From NCBI GenBank assembly GCA_028711355.1, contig JAQTSL010000001.1:1-40345 (forward strand): a DNA stretch of 40,345 bases, in the 5' to 3' direction. Source of the DNA: Rhodoferax sp. GTDB taxonomy: Bacteria; Pseudomonadota; Gammaproteobacteria; Burkholderiales; Burkholderiaceae_C. Under the pieces are notes generated by a model. That model was not told the origin of the DNA, made no database searches, and saw nothing but the letters and a program-made list of their open reading frames with translations. Each line of letters opens with the position of its first letter. The first letter of the stretch is position 1. Position numbers and translations under genes: made by a program. This document shows, one piece after another, positions 1 through 10,788 of this stretch.

Positions 1-1
1 C

Positions 2-517
2 CGGCTCGACTACCCTAAGGGGCTGATCAAGTATTCCTCTGGGCGCGGCATGGCCGACCGGCTGAGTGTGCCCCAGATGCTGCGCCGCAGCTGGCGGCCA
101 CGGGTTTGGTTTTACGGAGCCCTGTTTCTGCTGATGGCCAGCTTGTTGATTGGTGGCTTGGGTACACGCAAAGGCTTTGCGGTGGACATCATTCGCGACC
201 GGGGCACCATGGCGCGCGAAGTTGGTAATGGCGACATCGAGAATCTGTATCGCCTGAAAGTCATGAACACCTCGGAGCAGCAGCGCACCTACACCGTCAA
301 GGCCAGCGGCCTGTCCGGACTGGAATTGCGCACACCACCCCAGCTCAGCGTTACATCCGCCGGTATCGGCGCACTCACGGTGCGCCTGGCCTTGCCCGCG
401 CAGGCTGCGCAGGAGTTGCGTGGCAAGTCATCGCCAATTACCTTTGAGATCACTAGCGACGACCCGGATGACTCGCGTGTCGTGATTGAAAAGTCCACTT
501 TCCTGGTGCCCCGTTGA
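2..517 (+). CDS. ccoG: CcoG/FixG cbb3 oxidase accessory protein, C-terminal part (5' truncated by the window)
   Basis: The frame is open from base 2 (RLDYPKGLIKYSS...RPRVWFYG...VDIIRDRG...IENLYRLKVMN), typical of the CcoG last TM helix and FixG_C Ig-like domain. Confidence 0.85.
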   Translation, partial: RLDYPKGLIKYSSGRGMADRLSVPQMLRRSWRPRVWFYGALFLLMASLLIGGLGTRKGFAVDIIRDRGTMAREVGNGDIENLYRLKVMNTSEQQRTYTVKASGLSGLELRTPPQLSVTSAGIGALTVRLALPAQAAQELRGKSSPITFEITSDDPDDSRVVIEKSTFLVPR

Positions 518-535
518 AGGCACAATCTGGCGGCC

Positions 536-799
536 ATGTCGATCAAATTCCCGATCCACCCAGCGCACCCCGAGCGCATTTGCTGGGGCTGCGACCAGTT
601 GTGCGCCACCCATGCCATGGCCTGTGCCAACGAGCGCTCACCGCACCCCAGTGAATTGTTTGGCGACGACTGGCTGGAGTGGAGTGACCGATTGGCAGCC
701 CCGAACCCGGTGCCGCCACCTCCCACTGGCGCATCAACCCCAGCACAGCCACAACCGTCGCCTTCATCCACTGGCTGTAGTTTGCCAACCGGCCATTGA
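536..799 (+). CDS. DUF3079-family small Cys/His-rich protein
   Basis: KFPIHPAHPERICWGCD...C...HPSELFGDDW signature. Confidence 0.8.
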   Translation: MSIKFPIHPAHPERICWGCDQLCATHAMACANERSPHPSELFGDDWLEWSDRLAAPNPVPPPPTGASTPAQPQPSPSSTGCSLPTGH

Positions 800-805
800 C
801 GAACT

Positions 806-2635
806 TCAGCGTGCCAGCGTCAACCAGGCCTTGGTCAACTGCCGCACCAGCTCTTGCGGCTGGTGCACCATGGCGTAGCCATGCTGGCCAAACAGCAACG
901 GCAGGTAGTCGTGGGCTTTTTCGTCGACGGTGACGCAAAACGCAATCAGCCCTGCAGCATGGGCCTCGCGCACCGCCTGGCGTGTGTCCTCCAAGCCGTA
1001 GCGGCCTTCATACACGTCCAGATCATTGGGTTTGCCATCGGTCAAGATCATCAACAGCCGCTTACGTTCCGGTCGCTGCGCCAATTGCAAGGTGGCGTGG
1101 CGAACAGCCGCCCCCATGCGGGTGTAGTAGCCCGGCTTGATGACCCCGACACGCGCCTGACTTGGCGCAGACCAGGGCTCTTCAAAGGTTTTCAGGTGCT
1201 GCATGCGCACATGCTGGCGGCGCACCGAGCTGAAGCCCCAGATCGCGAACGGGTCACCCGCCGCGTGCAGCGCTTCGCCAAACACAAACAGCGCGTCGCG
1301 GATCACATCAATGACGCGAGCCTGTGCGGTGGCGTAGGCATCGGTGGACAGGGACAGGTCGGCCAGCAGCAGTGTGGCCAGACTGCGGTCCAGGCGGGCG
1401 TGGCGCGTGTAGATGGGAGGGGTGTCGCTGCACGGCGCATGCAGGTTGCAGTGGTCGGCCTGAAAGCGCACCCAGGCATCCAGGTCAAGATCGTCCCCGC
1501 TGTCCTGGCCATGCACCACGCGTGGCGCATCGCGCAATATTTCCAACCGGCGGCGCAGTTGTCTGGCCGTGACCCGCAGGCTGGCCGATGGTTTGAACGG
1601 CGCGCAGTGCTGCGCCTGCATCACCTGCACCTGGCAATGGTCAGGCACCAGCACGCCACGCCGATAGTCCCACTCCGGCAGCGCGATGCCGGGGCCCAGG
1701 GCCATGTCGTCGGCGCTGCTGCTGGGCAAATCCAGGTCGAATTTGACGCGGGAAGCCAGCGTCTGTCCGTCGGGTGCGACCGACAATTTGTCCATGTCGT
1801 TGGCGGCGTTGAGCGCATTGCCGTCTTCTTCATCGTCGCTGCTGCGGTTAACGTGCACCATCTCATTCCACGACATCAGCGCTTCGGCGCGAAACGGCAA
1901 CACCATGGCGTTGCGGCTTTGGTCGTGTGCGGTGGCTTGGCTGTGCCGCCGCTGCGCGTCCTGGCGCGCGGCAGGCTGCTGGCGTGGTTCGGCCGCAGGC
2001 TCGTGGCCGGGACGATGGGGTACAGCGGTGTGGGCAGCGCCGGCACGCAACCACAACCAGACAGCGGCAACCTGCCGGGGTTCAATCACCGCGTCATTGG
2101 CCACTTGCTCACGCAACGCCGACTGCACCGCAGACTCGGCTTGTGCCACAGCGCCGCGCATCTGGCGCGGGCTTGGGCGCTGCGCCAGATGCGCCTGCAA
2201 CAGCGCTTGGTATCTTGCTGTAAAACCCGGACAATGCCCCAGTGTGCACTGGGTCGCGCGCAGGTTGTCACTGACCCAGTGGCCGCTGGGCTGGTAAAAC
2301 GCCGACAGCATCGCCAGCCACAGGTACAGGTCACGGTTGAGCTGCACGTCGTCAAACACGGCCAGTGTGCCCGGCAGCGCCAGCACATCGGGCTCCAGTT
2401 GGGCGCAGTCGGCACGCCGCCCCGTGCCGGCGAGCTTTTGCAACCAATGGCGTTGCCCGCCGACGGTTTGCGCGCTGGCAGGCGCCATACGCACCGCCGC
2501 TGACCCACCGGCCGCGCGAAACACGATGCCGATCGTTTTTTTCATATCTTTTAGGGTTACAGCCCTTGATGGATAATCGTTATTAGCTATTGAAGTAATA
2601 GCTTTATGCCACCCCTGTCCGACCCATTCTTCCAT
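806..2635 (-). CDS. norD: Nitric oxide reductase activation protein NorD (vWA domain)
   Basis: MEEWVG N-terminus, LPEWDYR, MIDAS DLSLST, PGYYTRMGAAVRH, LTDGKPNDLDVYEGRYG; last gene of the nor operon. Confidence 0.95.
   Translation of the reverse strand: MEEWVGQGWHKAITSIANNDYPSRAVTLKDMKKTIGIVFRAAGGSAAVRMAPASAQTVGGQRHWLQKLAGTGRRADCAQLEPDVLALPGTLAVFDDVQLNRDLYLWLAMLSAFYQPSGHWVSDNLRATQCTLGHCPGFTARYQALLQAHLAQRPSPRQMRGAVAQAESAVQSALREQVANDAVIEPRQVAAVWLWLRAGAAHTAVPHRPGHEPAAEPRQQPAARQDAQRRHSQATAHDQSRNAMVLPFRAEALMSWNEMVHVNRSSDDEEDGNALNAANDMDKLSVAPDGQTLASRVKFDLDLPSSSADDMALGPGIALPEWDYRRGVLVPDHCQVQVMQAQHCAPFKPSASLRVTARQLRRRLEILRDAPRVVHGQDSGDDLDLDAWVRFQADHCNLHAPCSDTPPIYTRHARLDRSLATLLLADLSLSTDAYATAQARVIDVIRDALFVFGEALHAAGDPFAIWGFSSVRRQHVRMQHLKTFEEPWSAPSQARVGVIKPGYYTRMGAAVRHATLQLAQRPERKRLLMILTDGKPNDLDVYEGRYGLEDTRQAVREAHAAGLIAFCVTVDEKAHDYLPLLFGQHGYAMVHQPQELVRQLTKAWLTLAR
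2555..2602 (-). repeat. Fixed-spacing AT-rich element, copy A (inside norD)
   Basis: Minus strand reads GCTATT-acttca-ATAGCT-N19-GGGCT-gtaacc; same spacing as the copies at 34039 and 35014. Confidence 0.7.
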
Positions 2636-3622
2636 CAGCGCAGCCCGGTTTGTTCGCGCTGGCGTTGGCGCAAGGTTTCACGCAGGGCTTCCACGCCCAC
2701 CTGCCACTGCAGCGACGGACTGCGCTGCTGCGCTTGCTGGGTGGCATCGCACGCGCTCAAGCACTGGCCGCACTGCACACACGAAAACATCATGCGCTTG
2801 ATGTTGCGCGGGTTCAGCCGCATGGGGCAGGCGTTGTCACACGCTGAACCACGGGGTGCGTCGCAAGTTTTGCACTCGCGCGCCCGTTCGCGCGCAAAAG
2901 CCACCACCATGCCTAGCGGGTTGGCCATCCAGGCCAGGCTCTGGAACAGGCCCACGGCGCAGCCAAAGCGGCAAAACAAATGCCGTGCAAAAGCAAATTC
3001 CAGCGTGAACAGGGTGCTAGCAATCAGTAAAAATCGGGTCCGGTTGGTGGTCAATGTGCCATGGATCAAGTTGCCCCACACCACGACAGGCGGCAACAGG
3101 TAAGTCAGCAGCGTGATGGCCCAGACAAAACCCATCAGGGCGCAGCTCAAGGCAAACAAAGGCCACCAGCGCGCATCAGGCACAGCACCCGCCCGGGGTG
3201 TGCGGCTTTTGTCCCAGATGCTCAGTTTGCCGCAGGCACGATGCAACAGTTTGTTGAGCATCTCCACCATTGAAAAGTGCGGGCACAGCCAGCCGCAATA
3301 CAGCCGACCATAGCGGTAAGCCACCCCCAGAAACAGCGCCACCAACAGCAGTGCCGGCAAAAAAGCGCGCCACAGCAGCTGCAAGGCAGCGTCGGTGGCG
3401 TTGATTTGCCCACTGGCGAGCGCGTCAATGCCCAGCGACCAGCGCTGCCCCAGAAACCAAAGCTGGGTCTGGGTCAGATCAAAGCGCAACAGGTCCAGCG
3501 CCGGAGCCAACACGAACAACGCGAAGAAGCCGATTTGCGTGAACAGTCGCCACTGTTGCAAGCGCGCAGGCGCGCGCTTGCCGGGCCGTGTCTGGCAAAC
3601 AGCGAAAGTGCTCAGGGATGAA

Positions 3623-3633
<11 letters not shown>
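2635..3633 (-). CDS. Membrane-bound 4Fe-4S polyferredoxin (CcoG/NapH-like)
   Basis: YCGWLCP, FCRFGCAVG, CDNACPM and CVQCGQCLSAC motifs plus several TM helices. The ATG at 3633 overlaps the norQ end and the stop overlaps the norD start. Confidence 0.85.
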
Positions 3634-6337
<2,704 letters not shown>

Positions 6338-6384
6338 CGTGTAGAACTCCTGAAACGGGTGGGTAAAAAAATAGGCCTGTACCG

Positions 6385-6645
6385 TTAATGGCGGGCAAAG
6401 TCGATCACGATGGCACCGGGTTCGCGTTGCACGTAAGAGATCGACACCGCTGTGCCGTAGCGATCACTAAGTTGGTGCAACAGCGGCAGCGGATCATGGT
6501 CATTGCAAAAGCGCATGGTCTCGCCAGCTTGCAGCGCATCCAGTGCGCCAAAGATGGCCGCGTGGCGAAAGCGCTTGGCCACACCGCGTGCGTCAAAAGG
6601 GTAAATGGCCTCAGGTGTGACGTGACCGGTTGAGCAGGATGTCAT
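6385..6645 (-). CDS. DUF2249-family protein
   Basis: DARG...RHAAIFGALDALQAGETMRFCNDHDPLPLL signature; first gene of the nor operon. Confidence 0.8.
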   Translation of the reverse strand: MTSCSTGHVTPEAIYPFDARGVAKRFRHAAIFGALDALQAGETMRFCNDHDPLPLLHQLSDRYGTAVSISYVQREPGAIVIDFARH

Positions 6646-6665
6646 AGGGAAGTTCCTATCAGAAT

Positions 6666-6694
6666 TTAAAGATTCATTATAAATGAATCTTTAA
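6666..6694. promoter_or_regulatory. NsrR-type operator (perfect 13-3-13 inverted repeat)
   Basis: TTAAAGATTCATT-ATA-AATGAATCTTTAA, 20 bp upstream of the nor operon start; resembles the AAGATKCATT-N3-AATGMATCTT NsrR consensus. Confidence 0.8.
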
Positions 6695-6802
6695 CTGATC
6701 TCACGTCCCATGGCATAGATAAACACCAAATATTTCAGCAGCCTTCAATCAGCACAAAACAGATTGATGTGAATGACAAAAGTTCTCACGACGCATTTCA
6801 CG

Positions 6803-7501
6803 CTAGGGTGAGCCGTACTTGATCAGCCTGCCGACACTCAAAATCGAGATTTCCCTACGGTTGATTTTGATGAGCTTATGCTGCACAAGCTCATGCAATA
6901 TGCGTGAAAAATACTCGGGGGTTAACGATAGACGCGAGGCCACAGTTGCCTTACTGGCTGGCAAAGTCAGCGTGATTGTGTTTTGCTCTTCACGTGAATT
7001 GGGATCAAGTTCGCGTAACAAATAGCCAATCAGACGCTGCATACCGTTACGCAAGGTATAGCCTTCAACATCCTGAATGAGCCCATGCAGATTCCTTGAA
7101 ACGCCTGCCAGCATATGCTTGGCAAAATGGGAATCACGATCAATTTCTTCAAATACACCTTTTTTACTGACTCGTACCAAGACGGTTTCGCAAAGCGTCT
7201 GTGCATTCAAAATGCACGGCTTATCCAAAAACACCAGTGCCTCGGCAAAACTCTGCCCGGCACTGATGATTTCGATCACTTTTTCTTGTCCAGTGGACGA
7301 CACCAGAAACAACTTGACCTGCCCACTCACCACAATGTAGAGACTGTCGCATGGGTCACCTACCTCAAAAATATAACTTTCCAGGGCGTAGTGACAAAGT
7401 TGGCAACTTGCCGCGATGCGCATCAGTTCGTTGATTGATAGCCCACTGAACAAGGGCGTACCAGCCAAGCATAGCGGTACATCAAAGAAAGCAGCATCCA
7501 T
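6803..7501 (-). CDS. Crp/Fnr-family regulator, DNR-like
   Basis: cNMP-fold motifs (VVSGQVKL, GQEKVIEI, GQSFAEA) and HTH LPASKATVASRLSLTPEYFSR; start placed at ATG 7501. Confidence 0.85.
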   Translation of the reverse strand: MDAAFFDVPLCLAGTPLFSGLSINELMRIAASCQLCHYALESYIFEVGDPCDSLYIVVSGQVKLFLVSSTGQEKVIEIISAGQSFAEALVFLDKPCILNAQTLCETVLVRVSKKGVFEEIDRDSHFAKHMLAGVSRNLHGLIQDVEGYTLRNGMQRLIGYLLRELDPNSREEQNTITLTLPASKATVASRLSLTPEYFSRILHELVQHKLIKINRREISILSVGRLIKYGSP

Positions 7502-7508
7502 GGCGATG

Positions 7509-7913
7509 TCATTCAACCACGATGGCGTTGCCTTCCACATTGAAAGCCACCATGTTGGCAAACACACCCGATTTGATGGCATCCACCATATGCTGCAAAG
7601 CCGGTTCAGCCTCTGCGCTGCTGGGTGCATCGGTCACAGAGCCAGACATACTACTGACAAAAACGACCTGCCATGGCGTGGTGAATTGGGCCGCCTCATG
7701 CTTGAGACTCTCAAAGTCGATGATCTCATCTGGCGTTTTCTCTACACACATCGCAGGTAACAAGGCGCCACCAGCGCCTTGCTCAAAACCGTGGCGCTGT
7801 TGCGGTGTCGGGTTATCGGGCAACGCAGCTGTGGCAAACACCAGCAACAGACGCTGGGCGCTGGGCTGTTGGCGGGCTGTGGCCAGCAGATCATCAAAGT
7901 TTGAAATCATCAT
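7509..7913 (-). CDS. Conserved hypothetical protein
   Basis: 134-aa ORF (FDDLL..ARQQP..QRLLLVF...P.MCVEK) ending 7 bp before the dnr-like start; no catalytic motif recognised. Confidence 0.7.
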   Translation of the reverse strand: MMISNFDDLLATARQQPSAQRLLLVFATAALPDNPTPQQRHGFEQGAGGALLPAMCVEKTPDEIIDFESLKHEAAQFTTPWQVVFVSSMSGSVTDAPSSAEAEPALQHMVDAIKSGVFANMVAFNVEGNAIVVE

Positions 7914-7998
7914 GGCGTCAACTTTTTTGTGACGAAAAATTACTGGTTTAGTTCAGACGGAAGGTGATCAAAAAGCAGCAATCGTCGCTGATTCAGAG

Positions 7999-8030
7999 AA
8001 AACAAAGTCGCAACTTTCATGCAACTTTGT
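7999..8030 (-). terminator. Probable rho-independent terminator closing the first nar operon
   Basis: Minus strand reads ACAAAGTTGCA-tgaaagt-TGCGACTTTGT-TTT just after the cytochrome c stop; the U tract is short. Confidence 0.55.
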
Positions 8031-8051
8031 CTTTCAGGACAACACTCAGGT

Positions 8052-8534
8052 TCAATAAGCAAGTTTCAGCTTGTTCAACTGTTCCTTGGTGATGGCCGGG
8101 ACGCCATTTTTTTCTTCCCAGCGATTGAAGTTCCAGCCCCCCTCGCCCAGCCATGCCTTGAACATTTTCAAATTGGCGGCTCGCTCGGCATCGGTATCTC
8201 CCAGTTTTTCATACATGTTTCCTGGTTTTTTGTCGGCCTTGCCGCTGCCATCATCCAAACGCCGCATCAAAGCACCCGGATCAGGGAAGGCAATCAAAGC
8301 CGTCAAGTTCTCATAACTGTCTAGACGCGGGCCGACTTTGTCCTTTTTGGAGTACTTTTCAATATCCAGATCGTATTCTTGCAGTGTGACTGAACCATTC
8401 TCAGGAAAATGGCATTCGATGCAACGCTTTTTTACAAAAGGCGCAATATCTTTGCGATAAGTGACCTCCGCCAGCGATGGCAGGGCAACAGCGGCACCGA
8501 CCAGAATGGCCAGCAGTTTGAATTTCAGTTTCAT
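8052..8534 (-). CDS. Exported monoheme c-type cytochrome of uncertain family
   Basis: Signal peptide (MKLKFKLLAILVGAAVALPSLA), one CIECH motif, GAAAGGAAG RBS. Confidence 0.8.
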   Translation of the reverse strand: MKLKFKLLAILVGAAVALPSLAEVTYRKDIAPFVKKRCIECHFPENGSVTLQEYDLDIEKYSKKDKVGPRLDSYENLTALIAFPDPGALMRRLDDGSGKADKKPGNMYEKLGDTDAERAANLKMFKAWLGEGGWNFNRWEEKNGVPAITKEQLNKLKLAY

Positions 8535-8670
8535 CGTCATCTTCCTTTCAGGTTTCAAAATACTGCTCTGGCGCAGCGGGTTTTACCAAACAACACATGC
8601 GACCCAAGGCCGTCAAATGCAGGGTGTTCAAAATATTCAAGTCATCATCAATTCAGGCTCAAGCATCTGA

Positions 8671-9309
8671 TTACATCTGTTCAAACTCAATCGCTGTAAT
8701 CAATTGATGGGCCAGCGGGAAAATCAGGTTGTCCTCGCGGAACATATGCAGACGCAGTAGCTCCACCAGAAATTGCCCCTGCTCCAACGCTGCATCCAAC
8801 ACAATCAGACGAATTTTTTCATCAGGTATGCGAAACGCCAGACCCAGAAAATTCAGGATTACTGCCGCAAGCTGCACAGCTTTGAGGTGCTCGTCCTGCA
8901 TCAGGTCCACCGGCGTTATCGGGGTCTTGCCGCTGCCATGCTCTGTCGTGGCAAGCAAACGGTTTTTCAGTAAAGGAAACAACGTGGCTTCTTCACGCCG
9001 GTTATGGGCAATAAACTCCTCATCCATAAAGTTAAGAAAATGTTTAAGCTGCCCGTCCGCCTCTTTGGTGTAACCACTTTTTCGAATCGCCAAAATGGTG
9101 TTTTCGAAGCGCTCTACTTCTAGCAAAAACGGTTGGTGTTCGGCCACCATCTGTTGCAAATGGGGATGCATATCTTCTACAGCTACCGGTTCCATGTTCG
9201 GTGGCTCGTAGGCATCTGGCGGGTCCATCGGCGACATGCCACCTTCCTCCAGTGAACCACGTTCTGGTTGACGCTTGACAGGGTCCATTCGTTTGAGAAC
9301 AAATTCCAT
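8671..9309 (-). CDS. Hemerythrin-like (HHE) domain protein
   Basis: Repeated H...HxxxE(E/D) motifs: MVAEH, HNRREEATLFP, MQDEH, HMFREDNLIFP. Confidence 0.8.
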   Translation of the reverse strand: MEFVLKRMDPVKRQPERGSLEEGGMSPMDPPDAYEPPNMEPVAVEDMHPHLQQMVAEHQPFLLEVERFENTILAIRKSGYTKEADGQLKHFLNFMDEEFIAHNRREEATLFPLLKNRLLATTEHGSGKTPITPVDLMQDEHLKAVQLAAVILNFLGLAFRIPDEKIRLIVLDAALEQGQFLVELLRLHMFREDNLIFPLAHQLITAIEFEQM

Positions 9310-9322
9310 GGTATGCACCCTT

Positions 9323-10051
9323 TCAGTTATTTTTTGGCCGTGCGTCAGACCATGCGGTATTGGGATCGCGGATCAGCTTGCGATTCCAGTTCCAGATAAC
9401 CTGCTGGTAGGGGCGAGAGATGTAGCTGAACGGTGCCACCAAAAAATGCACCAATCGCGAGAACGGAATCAGCCCAAGAATGACAAATGCCACCACCACG
9501 TGAATCAGCACAGCCGCGGGCAAGGCTGTAACCGCTGCAGTTTGCGGATTGAGCGCCAGAATTGACCACAGGTAGGGTGACAGATCACTGGCAAACCAGA
9601 CCGAACCCCAGCGGTAATTGAAGGCAATGAAGACACCCAAAACACACTGGACAATGATCAATAATTCGATCACGATGTCCATTTGATTGGTCACCATTTG
9701 TACCCGATCATTGCTGATGCGACGCAAGAATAACCAGACCAAGCCCAACACTGCACCCAAGCCAAAAGTAAACCCGGCTAACTCAAAGATAACCAGATTC
9801 GTCGGATTGCTGCTGAGGCTGATGATCACATCCGGAAACAAAAATGCCACCAGATGCCCTAGAAACACCACCAGCACGCTCCAGTGGAACAGCATGCTGC
9901 CAAAGAACAATTTTTCACTGTCAAGAAATTGCGTGGACAACGAGGAAAACTTGAAACCCATCGATCGGTAGCGGTAAATACAGCCCACCACGCAAATCAG
10001 AATGGCCATGTAAGGCAAGCCGATCGTCAGGAAATTGTTAAGTGCTTTCAT
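9323..10051 (-). CDS. narI: Respiratory nitrate reductase gamma subunit (system 1)
   Basis: Five TM helices, SSLSTQFL, and four heme-b His residues (FHW...GHL, LIHV, SRLVH). Confidence 0.93.
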   Translation of the reverse strand: MKALNNFLTIGLPYMAILICVVGCIYRYRSMGFKFSSLSTQFLDSEKLFFGSMLFHWSVLVVFLGHLVAFLFPDVIISLSSNPTNLVIFELAGFTFGLGAVLGLVWLFLRRISNDRVQMVTNQMDIVIELLIIVQCVLGVFIAFNYRWGSVWFASDLSPYLWSILALNPQTAAVTALPAAVLIHVVVAFVILGLIPFSRLVHFLVAPFSYISRPYQQVIWNWNRKLIRDPNTAWSDARPKNN

Positions 10052-10071
10052 GATTTGTTTCTTTCATTGGT

Positions 10072-10788
10072 TCAGTGGTCAGCACCACTGTTGTTGGCGT
10101 TGGCGGTTGATTCAATTTCCATCTCTTTCACAATCATTCCCAGAAAGTCAGAGCCATGGTGTTTGGTAATGATGTCCAACAAGATGCCTCCTTCAGAAGC
10201 CGTCTTGAAGTCAGTGCTCAGCACCTCAAGCAGCGCCTTGAAGGGGCGGCAAAAAATGGTCTTGTCGGTAACCGGCGCTTCGATCAGCGTCTTGTAGTGT
10301 TTTTGATAGTTTTCGTCTTTCTTGAACACCCGCTCCGGATCAAACTCTTGGATCATCATGGCCACGGCGGGCAGCAACAACTCAGCCACAAGCTCTTCTC
10401 TGAGCTCCTCGTCTTCGAGCAGGGGGATCAAGCGCAATATATTGGGTAAGTGATCGGCCAACTCACCGTGGCAGTCGGTACCCACCAGGCCGTGTTCCCG
10501 GTTCAAGTTGGCCAACAGGTCACCTCGTTTGTAATCGTCACCAAACAAGATGTATCCGACACCCAGGGTGGTCAGCGACTGGATCTCGAAGGTACGTGTG
10601 TAAAGCTCTTGCAAGGCGCTTTCCGAACTTGGAATAACGTCGAGAAAAAGTTGAATTTCAGCCGCCGCTTGCGGGTACTGCTCTGTGAGTAACGCCACCA
10701 GTCGTTTTGCCCGGGGCCGATAATCGGGCCCCGGAAAATCGAACAAAGCAGCCAGATCGTTGTAGTGTGCGTAGTTCATGGTGCTCAC
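10072..10788 (-). CDS. narJ: Nitrate reductase chaperone NarJ (system 1)
   Basis: LQELYTRTF, LFGDDYKRG, ELADHLP; lies between narH and narI (alternative ATG at 10779). Confidence 0.85.
   Translation of the reverse strand: MSTMNYAHYNDLAALFDFPGPDYRPRAKRLVALLTEQYPQAAAEIQLFLDVIPSSESALQELYTRTFEIQSLTTLGVGYILFGDDYKRGDLLANLNREHGLVGTDCHGELADHLPNILRLIPLLEDEELREELVAELLLPAVAMMIQEFDPERVFKKDENYQKHYKTLIEAPVTDKTIFCRPFKALLEVLSTDFKTASEGGILLDIITKHHGSDFLGMIVKEMEIESTANANNSGADH

Noticed and set aside
854-2503. 549-aa plus-strand ORF
   Set aside because: Antisense shadow of norD caused by GC-rich codon bias; no motifs.
6764-6777. Possible FNR/DNR box TTGAT-gtga-ATGAC
   Set aside because: The second half-site is poor; not supportable.
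7509-7913. Ribonucleotide reductase label that I recall being attached to similar proteins
   Set aside because: Far too short and lacks any RNR motif.
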